DNA of 36,843 nt from Folioceros fuciformis (GCA_049999805.1 JBNGIO010001638.1:1-36843), one strand, 5' to 3'. Shown: positions 25,188-36,843, numbered from the stretch's first letter. Translations and numbers: made by a program. Notes: a model not told the origin generated them from the letters alone.

Positions 25188-25954
25188 AGTGACACACCCA
25201 GCTAGATCAAGAGCTAGGGCACCCGGACAAGGTACTGGGTTCGAAATGCCATCTGTTCATCCGTCATTCGCCTTTGAGTCATTTGATTTCGTAATTGTTA
25301 ATCCACTATTATCCGATTATCTGTTAATTTCTAGTTATTAGGTTATTCGTTATTTACTGATATTTAGAATAATGGCTATTCAAATTGTTAGACTAGCAAT
25401 TGTGGAACTACCCACTAGGTAGGCAATGACGTAGGATCCCGTAACTGGAAATAGTTTAGGCAGATGAGTAGTTGGGTGCAACCTTCTTGGTCACCACTAG
25501 GTCAAGGAAGGAATCTTTGTACGCTCAAGTAGCCCAACTTGCTGTACCCCAACCTGTTGTACCTGCAATTTCGAGGTTGTGGCATATGTTAGATGGTATG
25601 TTAGAAGAGCAATATAAAAAGAGTACGGGGTTGATGGTATGTTAGAAGAGAAATATAAAAAGAGGACGGGTGGTGTAGAATTACTTGTCGGAATGGTACA
25701 GTGGATGTGGATGAAATATCGACATATGTGGTATGGTATACGGACATAGTGGACCTTGTGCAATTAAGGTTTTAGTGGTATGGCAAAGCAGAATGAGTTT
25801 AAGGTTTAGTAAAATGACATAATAGAATACGATTAGGGTTTACTGGCATGGCAGCTTATGATAGCACTATTTATGATAAAAAACTATTTATGGTAGGAAA
25901 TGCATAACACACGGTTAGTTGTGAAGTTTCAATGGTACCACGAGGTGTGTCACA
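25188..25954. mobile_element. Candidate degenerate solo LTR or TIR element
   Basis: 10-bp inverted ends GTGACACACC (25189) and GGTGTGTCAC (25944), with the right end finishing in CA. The interior is AT-rich and holds a 41-bp tandem repeat carrying TATAAAAAG. No exact TSD. Confidence 0.4.
25592..25670 (+). repeat. 41-bp period tandem duplication
   Basis: gatggtatgttagaagag(c/a)aatataaaaagag(t/g)acggg occurs twice. Confidence 0.9.
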
Positions 25955-26244
25955 ACATGGAGCAAATTCAAAGTTGAATTTCACAATTCTTATAAGTATA
26001 ATATAAATTATTATGATTTTTATTATATTTGTTTTTTTAATAATTACGTCGTCGAAAGAGGTGCGATGCGTTCAAGCTCTTTGTTTGCTAATTCTCGATA
26101 CATAACTTCTTCTGACAATACGATCTGAACAGGTAGCCGTAACCTGCAGGCACCTGCGAGACTGGATGACGACTTCAGTCATCCAAAGATATTCAACTCA
26201 AGGACTTATGTATCTCCGGACTCCCAGTCAGTAGTTGTCGTGAA

Positions 26245-28429
26245 TCAACCCGTAAGCGCAGGATTGAGAATAGGGTGACAAGGATTTTGCTGGCTGCATG
26301 CTGTTTGCACTACGGCCGCCTCCAGGAATTGCAACGCGGGAGTACCTGCTTTCACGCATCTTGGAGTTTTGTATTGCCACGTTAATGATCCCGGCTTGGC
26401 CCCTGTCCGCTGGGCCAGCTTACGGAAGCTTCCAGTCTCCACAATGCGCAGTTCCAAAGGAGCGATTGTCCCGATATTCCGTCCTCTCCTGTACGGCTCA
26501 CTCAGTCCGGTTTCGATTGCTAGGCAGCATTTCTCCAGTTGAGCGATGCTCACAGCCTGCCCGTCTGGCCGGACGAGTTCCCAAAAAATAACGTAATGGC
26601 CAGGGATGGAGGCCACGGTTACCGCACTGCTGTAGTCAACCAGCTGGACATCTGGTGGGAGTTCCTGCTTGGCGGCAGCCATCAGCACGCGCATGAGCTC
26701 CAATTCCTCTGTTTTGTCCGTGCTGATGCTCAGAATCACGTTCTTCCTACCCAAGAACCTGACCACGGGGGTTGTGTGGTGATAACCGACGCATTGCACG
26801 ATGTCCCCAATCCGGTATCTCCACAAACCTGCGCCACAGGTCAAAGCAAACCCTTTGGTCACACTCTTCTCCAGCGGGGAAGAGATGACAAGATCGTTAG
26901 TCCAGCGGGGAAGAGATGACTAGGTAGTTAGCCGCACCATCTACTCACCAGCGAAATTGGTAACCACCAATTCGTACCGTCGTCCCTCCTTCACAGCTGC
27001 GAGATCAATCGGTTCGAGGAGGCTCGTCTCGGACTGCTCCTCATCCAGCTCAAGGAACTCAAAGTAAACAACGTCCGGGATTAACGCGTAGGTAACCTCC
27101 CTTGGAGGCACATTGAGATGGACATTGAGCCCCAGGTAGGCTTCTGATGCACCGTAAACTTGCGACCAAATTTGGATGCGACCACCAGTGAGGAACTCTA
27201 CGTGGTCGACATACTGCTCCATGGAGCCAGTGGTAATGCAAGTCACCACCTGCACATTTGGCCAGAGTCGAGGTAAAATGCCCTTCCAGGAATCCTTACC
27301 GCATTCCTTTCTGATAGAGGTAGCCACATCCTTGTCAACGCTGACCAGCAGCTTAGACACGGATTCACGGAGGGCAGCATCTGTGATACGGCTGCTCAGC
27401 TTGCCTTGTTCTATGTCACTGCATATCTCCTCCCACCACTCCTTGAGGTTGCCGAAGACGTTGGCCAGACCAGAAGCAAATGCCACAGTTATTTCAGTCA
27501 CCTGCCCAGAGCGGATTAAGCCGCAGACAAGATGGCAGTAGGTTGCCTGTTCGTAGTCGTCGCACAGGATAGCCGCTAGTGGACTTGTCACGACCTTGGA
27601 CAAGTCTGCATCCGTTGGTAATTTGCTAAATCTCTTCTTGAGAAGGGAAGTTATCACTGTCCCCACTGTCAGCCCACCTGGACTCGTTGATACGGTGCCT
27701 AGGGAAAATAACACCAGAGTCCAGCCCGACTCCTTGGCTTCGAGTTCTCGACCTGCTTGTCTGAGCCACATTTGAAATAGGATGTGAGGTAAGCTCACGG
27801 GATCCTTCATTCCTCTTCTTACAAATTGATGCTCGCAACCAAGATGCAAACACTTAACGTAGCCAGCTAACCCTGCGCCGGGGTCGCAATTGCTAGCTAG
27901 CCAGCCCTAGAATGCGTAGCCATGACCGAGATATGACCAGGAACAAGATTGCAAGGTTCAGTGTCACAGCTTACTGCTCAACAACTTCTTGGTAGGAAAA
28001 GAATCGCGCGATGGCCTCGAGCTGCGACGCTGTAACCGGGAAGACCTTGCGCTTGCCTGCGGATGTTCCCGAGCTGCTCACCAGGAAAAGAGTATCGTTA
28101 CTTCAGGCACGGATGGAAAGAAAACCACGGACAACTTGAAAAATTGATGTTCGTCACCTGACGAAAAATTCAGTCGTATCCTCAGAACACAGAATGCGAG
28201 CAGTGTGATCTTCCATCAGCCGGTCAATGTCCTCAGACACCGCATCGTAATCGATCACCGGAATGCAGGAGCGGAAGGACTCCAAGTCGGTTCTGCCATT
28301 GAGCCCGTGCCTTCGGAGGTATTCGCAGTCCGCGTTCTTGCGGAGCAAATTCTCCAGGAGCTTACTTTGCACTTCCCTGGCGTTCTCCACCGAAAGCTGC
28401 AACGATGCGGCAACAGCAGAAGGCGCCAT
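26245..28429 (-). CDS. GH3: GH3-family acyl acid amido synthetase
   Basis: Nucleotide-binding motifs SSGTSAGKRK, YGASE and YRIGD, plus IPGHYVIFWE and QYKTPR. Exons 28429-28158, 28073-27975, 27760-26949 and 26828-26245 are in phase. Confidence 0.95.
26870..26920 (+). repeat. 20-bp direct repeat in GH3 intron 3
   Basis: tccagcggggaagagatgac occurs at 26870 and 26901. Confidence 0.9.
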
Positions 28430-29112
28430 GTTCCACAGCTCTCAGCTCCGTTAGAGGCTGGATGCTTACGACGCTGCACAGCCTCAGCCTCAGCCCCCCC
28501 TCAGCCTTACCCACATTCCACCTTCCCCACGTACTCCAGGTTCCTGCCTTTGCAACAGAATGCCAGAGCTGGACAGCGTGATTGAGAGCATGCAAGTTCT
28601 TCCAGTCGGCGAGAATACTTGACCACAATGTTCCTTACGATTAAAAAAGTCTTATATATCTGCTCCACGATACCTCGGATCGTTCCGAATTATGAAAGCG
28701 GAACCTTGTGGTCCGCGCCACTGCCATATGCGCCGGACCAGAACAGTCTGACGACATCTGTTAGGCACTTCGTACACGTTTGTCGGACGTATCGTCCTCA
28801 TGTCTTCCTCCGAAGCCACGGCATTCTTACCTTTACAGAATCGACGTCACCCAAAGCGAAGCGCGCTTCAAGAACAAAAAGCAGGCACCTCGGTCCACAT
28901 GTTCCAGAGACTGGAGGGCAAACGGCTGCAATTTCTACCTGTTGCCATTGCCGAATTCAATCCCGAGTCCCGAGTCCCCTGTCCTCTTGTCGCAAAAGTT
29001 CTGGATTAGCTGAGCGAATGGCAGCAGCCTGGAGGGCAGCTGAGCTGAGCTGCGCAGCTTCCTGGTCATAACCGTGGTGCGAATCCAGACGGTAAGCAGC
29101 CACTTCAGAAGA

Positions 29113-30591
29113 ATGACGATGACCCTACCTGCTTGGCTGCTTGCAATCCTAGCATCCCTGGCGTTGCTGGGCGCACCTGGGGAAGGCTACGTCGCCTCCA
29201 ACTGCTCGGCCTCATTCACAGCCGCTACGTGCCCGAAACCCCCGACAGTGCGGGGCTTCGATCTCTCTGCTTACGTCGGGAAATGGTACGACATCGGCAG
29301 CACAGCCAGGTTCAAGCTGCGCACCGAGTCCGGCTTGGTCTGCATCTTCGCCAACTACACCCTGGCCGAGGCCCCGACGCCCACCCAGGGCGCCAATGTC
29401 ACCGTCGTCAATTCCGGCTTTCAGGTGGAGCATTTTCGATTTCCAAGCGTCTCATAGGTGAAATTGCAACGAGCCGGCAAACGGGCTTCTGTCTTTCGGC
29501 TTCAGTGGCCAGCATGCCGATTGACGACATGAAGTGGGTGATCTCGTGCAGGTGTTAGGCCCGATAGCTTCTCGGGGAGTGGCGTTGATCCAGGCCAGCC
29601 TGCAGGACATCTGTTCTGCAGCCCGCGCTTTGTGCTCCGCGGTTGGCCCGGTCGGGCCCATCTCCAGCGCCGTTGCACAGGTGCAAAAGTTGAGTGCAGA
29701 CCTTGCCGGGCCGGGCGCCCAGACTCTTGCTTCCGCGGTTGCTCACATTTCCGAGGCGCTGGGGTCTTTGCTAGACCTGGTGAGTCCCCTGTCGGAGAAG
29801 GTGAAGGCAGCGACCATCCAGGCCGTGGCGCTGAGCCAAGCAAATGGGAGCAAGTCCGGGAGCTTGAAAGACTTCTCAGCCATTGCTAAGGGGTTGGAAA
29901 CTGGAGTGTTCCGCTCTCTGAAGACTGTGGGGAAGATCTCACATGCCCGAGGGCAGATTATCTCGGTACGCCGCGGCTCCTCTTCTCGAACTGCGTTGGA
30001 GAAGTTGTGAGTGGTCTTGTCACATGTCATTCAATTTGACTTGGGGTGGTGCGGCAGGTCGCCAACAAGCTGCTGGCTGGCTCTCCGAGCAACGCGCAAG
30101 CAGCCTTCTTGCTAACCCTCGCCGGGACCCAGATCTGGGCTGAGGAAGAGGCCATCAGTTTGCAGAACGTGGAGATTGCGTTGGGGAGCCAGAAGCTCCT
30201 GGAAGTTGCCGAGGACCTGGTGGCACCGGACAATTCCAGCCCATCGCAGCGCTCCTCCCTCACTGGATTTGCAGAGCAGAGCGCCTCGGATCCCGCCAAG
30301 CTCGACGTCTCCTTTCCCATCCCTGGACTGCCGCTGAAGTCAGGACCGTACTGGGTTGTGGCTATCACCGGTGAGGCAAGCCAGGGTTACGAGGCTGCCG
30401 TCGTCTTTTCGTGCTCCCAGTTGTCCCAAGGGGAGGTAGACACCGACCTCTTCATCTTGTCCAGAACCCCGACATTGTCCCCAGATGTAACCAACTCCCT
30501 GTTAGCAAAGGCAGAGGAATTTGGATTCAGCTTCAGCTGCGACAATCCTTTTCTTCTCACCGTACAGGATCATCCAAATTGCCAAAACTGA
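29113..30591 (+). CDS. Secreted ApoD-like lipocalin with a ~200-aa internal helical insertion (~419 aa)
   Basis: Signal peptide, SCR1 CPKPPTVRGFDLSAYVGKWYDI, CIFANY and VTVVN. After the insert come AKLDVSF, PYWVV, YEAAVVFSC, SCR3 FILSRTPTL and TVQDHPNC. Exons 29113-29424, 29552-29965 and 30058-30591 have phase-0 introns. Confidence 0.85.
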
Positions 30592-30869
30592 CTCCAGTTG
30601 AAGGAGGGCACCTATGCACCGATCTCATGCGTCACAGCCACGCTGTCCTATCTTCGGACAACCAGGTTTCTATCAACACACCCCTCGGGTCTTGAGCATC
30701 GACTTGGTTTTCCTGGATTAAGTAAATTTGCTCTTCCACGACTTTTGGCAGACCTCTCCTCCACTGCTAACGAAGAGTGGACTCACCTTGAACACCAGGT
30801 GATGACAGCAGCAGTCTGAGGAGTAGTAACAGCCTGAGGCCGGTACCTCGCATTTCTCGAGGCACATCC

Positions 30870-31420
30870 CCGAGAGAGAGCTCGGGATTCCATGCAACAC
30901 TCTGTTAGAATACTGAAAGCTGCTGCCACACTTGTCATATATGCTTACCAAACTCCTGCAGATAAACATTCGAGCTTCAGGGTCTCTGAAAATCAGCTGG
31001 TTCTCCTCGTTAATTTCAAGGCTGGGGATCCTACATTTTACTTCCACATGCACGCTGTAGGGACTGTCACAACACTCGGCCCTTGCGTTCTCCTTGTAGA
31101 GATGAAAGCGCTCCGTGGCCTCTTGCCCAGAAAGGAGTACAGAGATATCATGATTTATTCCACACTCCTCCTATCGTGGAGACAATTCAGCCTCATCGCC
31201 TCCTTCGGTTGGGTTGGCCAATGGCATACGCCTTTGGCACGGACACAAATGTGACAGGCTCGGGTACACACCAAGGACTTCTTGGGAAGTACCCTGGAAT
31301 CGTAGCATTCCACGTCACCCCATCCTTTTTGTGAAAGACCGTCAGAGGACCCTCTCGGCTTGCTTCTTCTTCAAAGTTGCCACGCTTTGCATACATGGCA
31401 CGGGCTCGATGCCTACGACT
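30870..31420 (-). pseudogene. Highly decayed PPR relic
   Basis: The fragments MYAKRGNFEE, VFHKKDGVTWNATIPGY and FICRSLVSIYDKCGS lie in different frames. Confidence 0.7.
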
Positions 31421-31576
31421 CTTACTGGTTCTTTAAACACCTCTAGGCTCGATCCTCATCTCGGTGCCGAATACAAGGGACAATCAAGCCAGCATCTCTC
31501 CAGGACCTACAACGCATTGCCAAGAGGATTCAACTGACTAGCATTCCTCCTACAGAATGGGGGATGCAACTAATTG

Positions 31577-31672
31577 GCATTCCTTGCACAAGGAGATTCG
31601 AGCTAGCATTGCTTGCACAAGGAGATTCGAGCTAGCATTGCTTGCACACGGGGATTCCAGCTAGCATTCCTC
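31577..31672 (+). repeat. 29-bp minisatellite (about 3.3 copies, with degenerate copies upstream)
   Basis: The unit gcattgcttgcacaaggagattcgagcta starts at 31577, 31606 and 31635, with a partial copy at 31664. Confidence 0.9.
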
Positions 31673-31713
31673 GTAGTAGCTAACGAGGAGGCTAGCGCAG
31701 CGACCGCAGCCAG

Positions 31714-31763
31714 CCTGCACCCAGTAATGAGTTGTCCTCCTGCACCCAATAATGAGTTGTCCT
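31714..31763 (+). repeat. 25-bp tandem duplication
   Basis: cctgcaccca(g/a)taatgagttgtcct occurs twice. Confidence 0.9.
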
Positions 31764-31857
31764 AAAAACTACAAGCATGCTAAGCTCAGAGTTGATGCAG
31801 TGAGTTCCACGACATCACTGACGAGAACCAGTTGGAGGCAGCCGGTCGCAGATGCAT

Positions 31858-32462
31858 TCAGCATCCACAGCCACCGTAATAGACGAAATTAGTGAAGTTG
31901 AAGACGGCTGTGAAGTTTACAATCTTGACGACGGAGAATTGAGCCCAGCCTCGAGCGAGCCGGAAGTCCCCGCTGCCTCCCACGATGGGGATCTCCCGTA
32001 CCTCGGAATGAGTGTAGTCGTGGCCGCGGTACGATTGCGTACTGTCGGAAGTGAATCCGCTCTGGCTGTTGAAAACGACAGTGAAGACTAACTCCAAAGT
32101 TTAGACTAACCTAACTCCAAAGTGAAGACTAACACCAGGCCATCCCACACGTAGAGCCCTTTGGCCCTGCCAATGGTGGTTGAACTCGGGTCGTCTGACG
32201 TTGTCAATGAGTCGTCCATCACCACTAAGCCGCCCAGAAGAGGTTAGCCTTCTGCCGGAAATTCCTCGGGGATGCCTTGCAAAGGAGGCACCACGAAAAA
32301 GGCCGTAGCTGAAGCATCCGGCGCCAGAAGACCATCGTGCATGAAGTAGCTGAATACTACGGATTTCTCTTGTTCCACATCGTGGTTTGCCGACTGCACC
32401 CCGGATCCGCTCAGTGACACGAGGACTTGAAGGGAAAAAAGGGACGGAATGAAAGCTGCCAT
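31858..32462 (-). pseudogene. Dirigent protein gene, disrupted
   Basis: Signal peptide, FSYFMHD, GGLVVMDDSLT, IGRAKGLY and REIPIVGGSGDFRLARGWA. An in-frame TAA lies at 32246-32244, and a frameshifting micro-duplication lies at about 32080-32133. Confidence 0.88.
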
Positions 32463-34220
32463 CGCCCTCTTCCCCACCACACGTAATACAGCCAGCAGCT
32501 AGCGTCTGAAGGAAGTGCGAACAACATTGCATCCTCAAGCGGCCATCGGCTGTAAGTAGACCCGCTGCAGTTGCGGGAGGTGCCTGTTACGGGAGGAAAA
32601 ATCCGACATGCTCCACGAGAAACAACAGGTCAGAGTGGAGGGAACTGAAGTGCCACACTCCAAACCGGGAGTCCTTTCTCCATGTCCTAGATCGTATGTA
32701 GACTTCCTCTTCCCATGCACGTGCTTGTCTTGCATTTCCGTTGTTCTGTGTTGTTGCATTTCCTACGGTATCTTACCGCTCTCGAACTTCCCCCTGTTTC
32801 TCTGACGTTGCATGTTGTTGTGCTCTACTTCTGTTCATCGTTGTCTGCAGTGTTTTGTGGCTTTTGTTTAAAACAGGTTGGGCCATGGTGGAAGCTCGTT
32901 GACGGCTGCAGCTGCTCCCGTCCAAGTCCCACCCCGACATCTTCAAGAAAAGTGGGCACGGGGTGCTCACCGTCCAACCCGGCTGGTGCCTTGTACATTA
33001 GAAGATGGATCGTATATGTTCGGGAAATCTTCGGACTGGACACAAACAGTGTCCGCGAGGTCAAGTTTGCTCCGTCTGTGACTGCCACCTATTCGCGCTC
33101 TGCGAATTCGTCCAACTTGCTACTGTACGTAGCACGTCCTTCAGGGGCACCTGACCTTATCGCTCACTGAACCATGAGCATGGGTGGAAGGAGGTTGGTG
33201 CAGCTGCCAATGCGACAGCCCGCTGCAGTCCAGCTTTGCTGTCTAGGCATGCTGAGTGAGAGAAGCTACCCTGGAACACCTCTTATGGTTTCGCAGAATC
33301 TACGCATGCAACTGACTTCCACAGTTCCACGGAAGGTTTCAACCAAGAGCCATTAACATTACATCATGTCGAATCTTGCACAAAGAGGCATTGCGGTGCA
33401 GCTTGCAATAAATTGCATCTGCTCCATCTTGACAATGATTGAGGACTGCAAGATCCATCCCGAAACTTCTCCCTCTCATCCCAGAAGGGAGGCCGCCATT
33501 TGTCTCCAGACCCGCGCACGAAAGAGCAAGCTAGGTTTTGTGATTCATGTGCCGTTAACAGATACCGAGTGCACGCCTAGGCGTTTCCTCACATTTCCTC
33601 CACCCAAATCGAGACGTCATAACGTAAAAGTTGTCCCGTGAGCTTCGCACCTCAGAGGTCTTCTCTGAATCCGTGCCATGCCCCATATCCAGAAGGACTT
33701 GTTAGTTGAAGCTGGCTGGCCCACACCAGCAGCGTGTACCTGCATGACAGGGTCCAGCTACCTGCGTGATGCATTGCAGCATCCCTGCCGTACCGATTTT
33801 GGCGACCGTGTTTCATGAGGCGAGCAGCAGGGCCACAGGAGCGCTGCAGCTGATGAGCGCAGAGCTTGGTGTAGATGCCGTTTGAAGGCGAGGGTGGGGC
33901 CTTCTCTTGGGACACGGCAAACGAGACCAACGAAAGAAGAACGAAATTGTCGTTACCAGGAGCAGCAGCGTTGGACGGGAGGCCGGGTAGGGCACACTTG
34001 CCGGGGCCACGATACGCCATCCCACGTCAGCCCAGGCCACGCCGTGTCCGAGCTTAGCACACTGGGCAATGCGTGCAACACAGCTTCACTGCACTTACTC
34101 ACTGCACGCATGAACTTCCACATTCACGGCCCAAAATCCCCCCTTCCAATAATCGAGCGGGGCCTGTCCCGCACCCCACTTTGACGACCCGCCACACGAG
34201 ACACCCGTCACTGCTCCCCC

Positions 34221-36843
34221 ATGGCCTCCCAGGTGAGTGAGACTCTACGCATCCGCAAGAGCCCGCATAGTTGAGAGGCTTTGAGTTCTACTACCGAGCC
34301 ACTTGCCGGGAACAGTAGCGCATTGTTGTCGTCGCGCCCGCAGCTGTAGTTCTCAAGTGCACTAGATGCTACGTATTTTTTCTTTTTCCGCCTTTTCGGA
34401 AATCCGGGTGGTCCAAGTGTAGCGTTTGCTTTGCTCCAGCTTGCTGCCAAGCGCACGGTCTCATGGTTGTTGTATCTGGGCGCAATTGCAGTCCAAGGAG
34501 ATGGTTGCGGAGAATGGAGCTTCTTGCAATCACACTGGTCAGCTGTGTTTTGCAGGGAATTTTTGAGTTTTGTACGAGAGCTCTTACTCAGGGGATTGAC
34601 ATCGTGTTCTTGCAAGAATGTAGGAGGAGAACAAAGGGTCCGGGGATCAGAGGTTTTTGTTGGGGGACTCCAGCGTAATGTGACAGAGGAGGTCATCGCT
34701 GAGGTGATTGAAATCTTTGGGCAAACTTCCAGCCGTTCACTGGTCAGCCGAGAGGGTGTGCGTACGACTGGTTGGAGCGTCGTTGTGCTGACTGTTGCGT
34801 AAGTTGTTCTGTAGCTTTTTTCCATGTGTGGAGAGGTGGCTGAGATTCGGATAATGAAAGATCATTCTGGATCTCCCAAGGTGAGGGAATACTGCTTCTG
34901 CTTCCCATACAATACAAGTTGCTGGAAAGAGTCGACGCAGACAATTTATTCTGGATGTCGTTTAGTAGGGGTACTGTTTTGTGCGGTTTACAACAAAGGA
35001 GGCCGCCCTGAAGGCTCAGAAAGAGAAAAATGGTACCACGGTATGTAGTTGGCATTTCTGCTGCCCTGTCTCTCCAACTTGGACAGAAACGTTTTCTGAT
35101 ATCTGTCTCGCTTGTCAACTGAATCACGGAAAGGCTGCTCACATGTCTTTCCTTTCTGACGAAGTTTTGCTTGGCTCTGATGAAGCTGCAAGGGAAGAAG
35201 ATTGGAGTCACTCCGTCCACCGATCAAGATACCCTTTTTCTTGGAAATCTACGAAAAGGTATGTTCATGCTGGTACTGGGACGTTTCCCATCCAGCCAGT
35301 CCGTTTGTCGTGGATCGGCTATAGGCGTGCATGGCGGTTAGCCATGATGTCATTTGCTGCTGGGCATGCAGAGTGGGGGACTGTGGAGGTTGACCAGATG
35401 GTGAGACAGGTGAGTGTTTGTCTGGATTGTGTCTTCCTTTATTTTCTCTCAACAGTTTCACACTTTGAATGTTTACAACTCAAGTTTCACTATATCTTGG
35501 TTGATCTTGCACATGGTACAGGCATTCCAAGATGTGCAGTCAGTCGAATTGGCTATGCCACCAAGGACAGGGGAGTCACCCACTAACAAGAAACGACAAA
35601 ATCGAGGCTTTGCGTTCGTGCATTTCGCTAGCCATGCTGTGGGTGACATACCAACCTCCTTTCGCTAATATGCCCTGGTTAGTTTTTGTGGCAACGTGCA
35701 TAGATGCCTGATGTGGAATTCTTGTATCTGCAATTTCCTGACTGATTTGTGTACCCAGGCAGCAGCCTAGTCGTTAGCTGTTCTGGCAGAGGTTGGAGTG
35801 CACTAAGATTGGCTTGTCTTGCAAATTTCTGTACTGATTGGGTCACCCATTTGGCGTTGGCATTGGGCAGTGCATGGCAACACACTGCATGGCTATGCTC
35901 CACATAGCTTTCAAGGCTGCAGCAATCCCTATGCATGGTCAATGTTCGGTCCATTCAATTCATGGTCGTCATCAATTCCACCAAAATCAATTCCCTCAAA
36001 TGCAGTCTCTTAATGGAGCTCTTACGCCTCACTAATTTACAGATTTCCCTCATTCTTCGGTAACAAATATCCTTGGTGGTGTCGTGGTCCAGTCATGGTG
36101 ATTGGTAGGTCCTAAAGTTGACATGGTAAAATGTACACTGAGATGTATCCAGTTTACATAGTACAGGACCATAAACCTCTAATTCATCCCGGATTCCTGT
36201 CTTCCTTACTCCCTGAGACCCATTGAAGCAGGGATGATGGGGTTTTCAGAGTGATGGAATTTGTGACTTGTATTCTTTTCTCCAACGATAAAACAAGCCA
36301 GCACCCTCACCTACATTAAATATCATGTCACGCCACCGGCCATCCTCATTCAAGTTTAGGGCCTGGAAAACGTGAAGGTCAGTTTGAAAGACGCATTGTT
36401 GCTGGTCTGGACCTCTTAAATGGTATGCTCTTAACGCTAATCTTTTTAGCTGATCGGTCATGTGTATCTTCGCTCATGTCCTCCACTGTATGATCTGGTA
36501 TTTCCATTCAAGTTGGATCAAGTCACCATCGGGAATATCGGGCTTGATCAAAGTCGAAATCTGGCATCCTTCCCTTTTGATCTGGTCACTATGGGAAATT
36601 CCATCACAGGCTGCAGCACGTGCGTATCGAGTAGCCAGTAGGCCTGATTTCATGCTTGGAGGAAAATGGCGACCTGCAATCGACTGGGCTGAGAATGAGC
36701 CTGAACCGGATCCTGATGAAATGGCTAAGGTATTGGAATGCTAAATATTCATTTGCGGGGGGGGGGGGGGGGGGGAAAGATTATCTTGGGCGGGCGAAAT
36801 CACTGTGGAGAACTTGTGCAGGTGAAAACGGCGTGGGGGGGCA
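34221..36843 (+). CDS. Multi-RRM protein, hnRNP Q/R-like, truncated at the window edge
   Basis: GSEVFVGGL (RNP2), KGYCFVRF (RNP1), LFLGNL, NRGFAFVHF and IDWAE lie on many short GT-AG exons. The first exon, MASQ at 34221-34232, is inferred. Confidence 0.9.

Noticed and set aside
31514-31763. CRISPR-like array of ~29-bp repeats
   Set aside because: The units are directly tandem with no unique spacers, there are no cas genes and the context is eukaryotic. It is a minisatellite.
32244-32246. Rescue of the dirigent stop by U-to-C RNA editing
   Set aside because: Such editing is organellar, and a separate frameshift also disrupts the gene.
32880-33170. Faint AAA-ATPase-like phrase HPDIFKKSG
   Set aside because: No Walker A motif follows and stops flank it, so the support is insufficient.

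Overview
This is eukaryotic nuclear DNA from a gene-dense land plant with short (mostly 70-130 nt) introns. A hornwort-like or lycophyte-like genome is my inference from the compact genes and several PLS-PPR relics. The left half is largely housekeeping: a truncated secreted Gly-rich protein, a probable 4-exon orphan gene, an F-box/LRR gene, ureG head-to-head with a plant-type asparaginase, a small TM/coiled-coil ORF, eIF3m head-to-head with ubiquitin-RPL40, and a conserved unknown gene. The right half is an accessory zone. It holds an AT-rich insert with a terminal hairpin and a degenerate AP2-like ORF, two PPR pseudogenes, a GH3 pseudogene, tRNA-Ala(TGC) and a possible solo LTR. It also holds an intact GH3 gene divergent from a secreted ApoD-like lipocalin split by a ~200-aa helical insert, a disrupted dirigent gene, and an hnRNP Q/R-like gene that runs off the end. 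The most striking items are the split lipocalin and its GH3/dirigent neighbourhood. Exon boundaries were read by eye and family calls come from remembered motifs; no database search was run.
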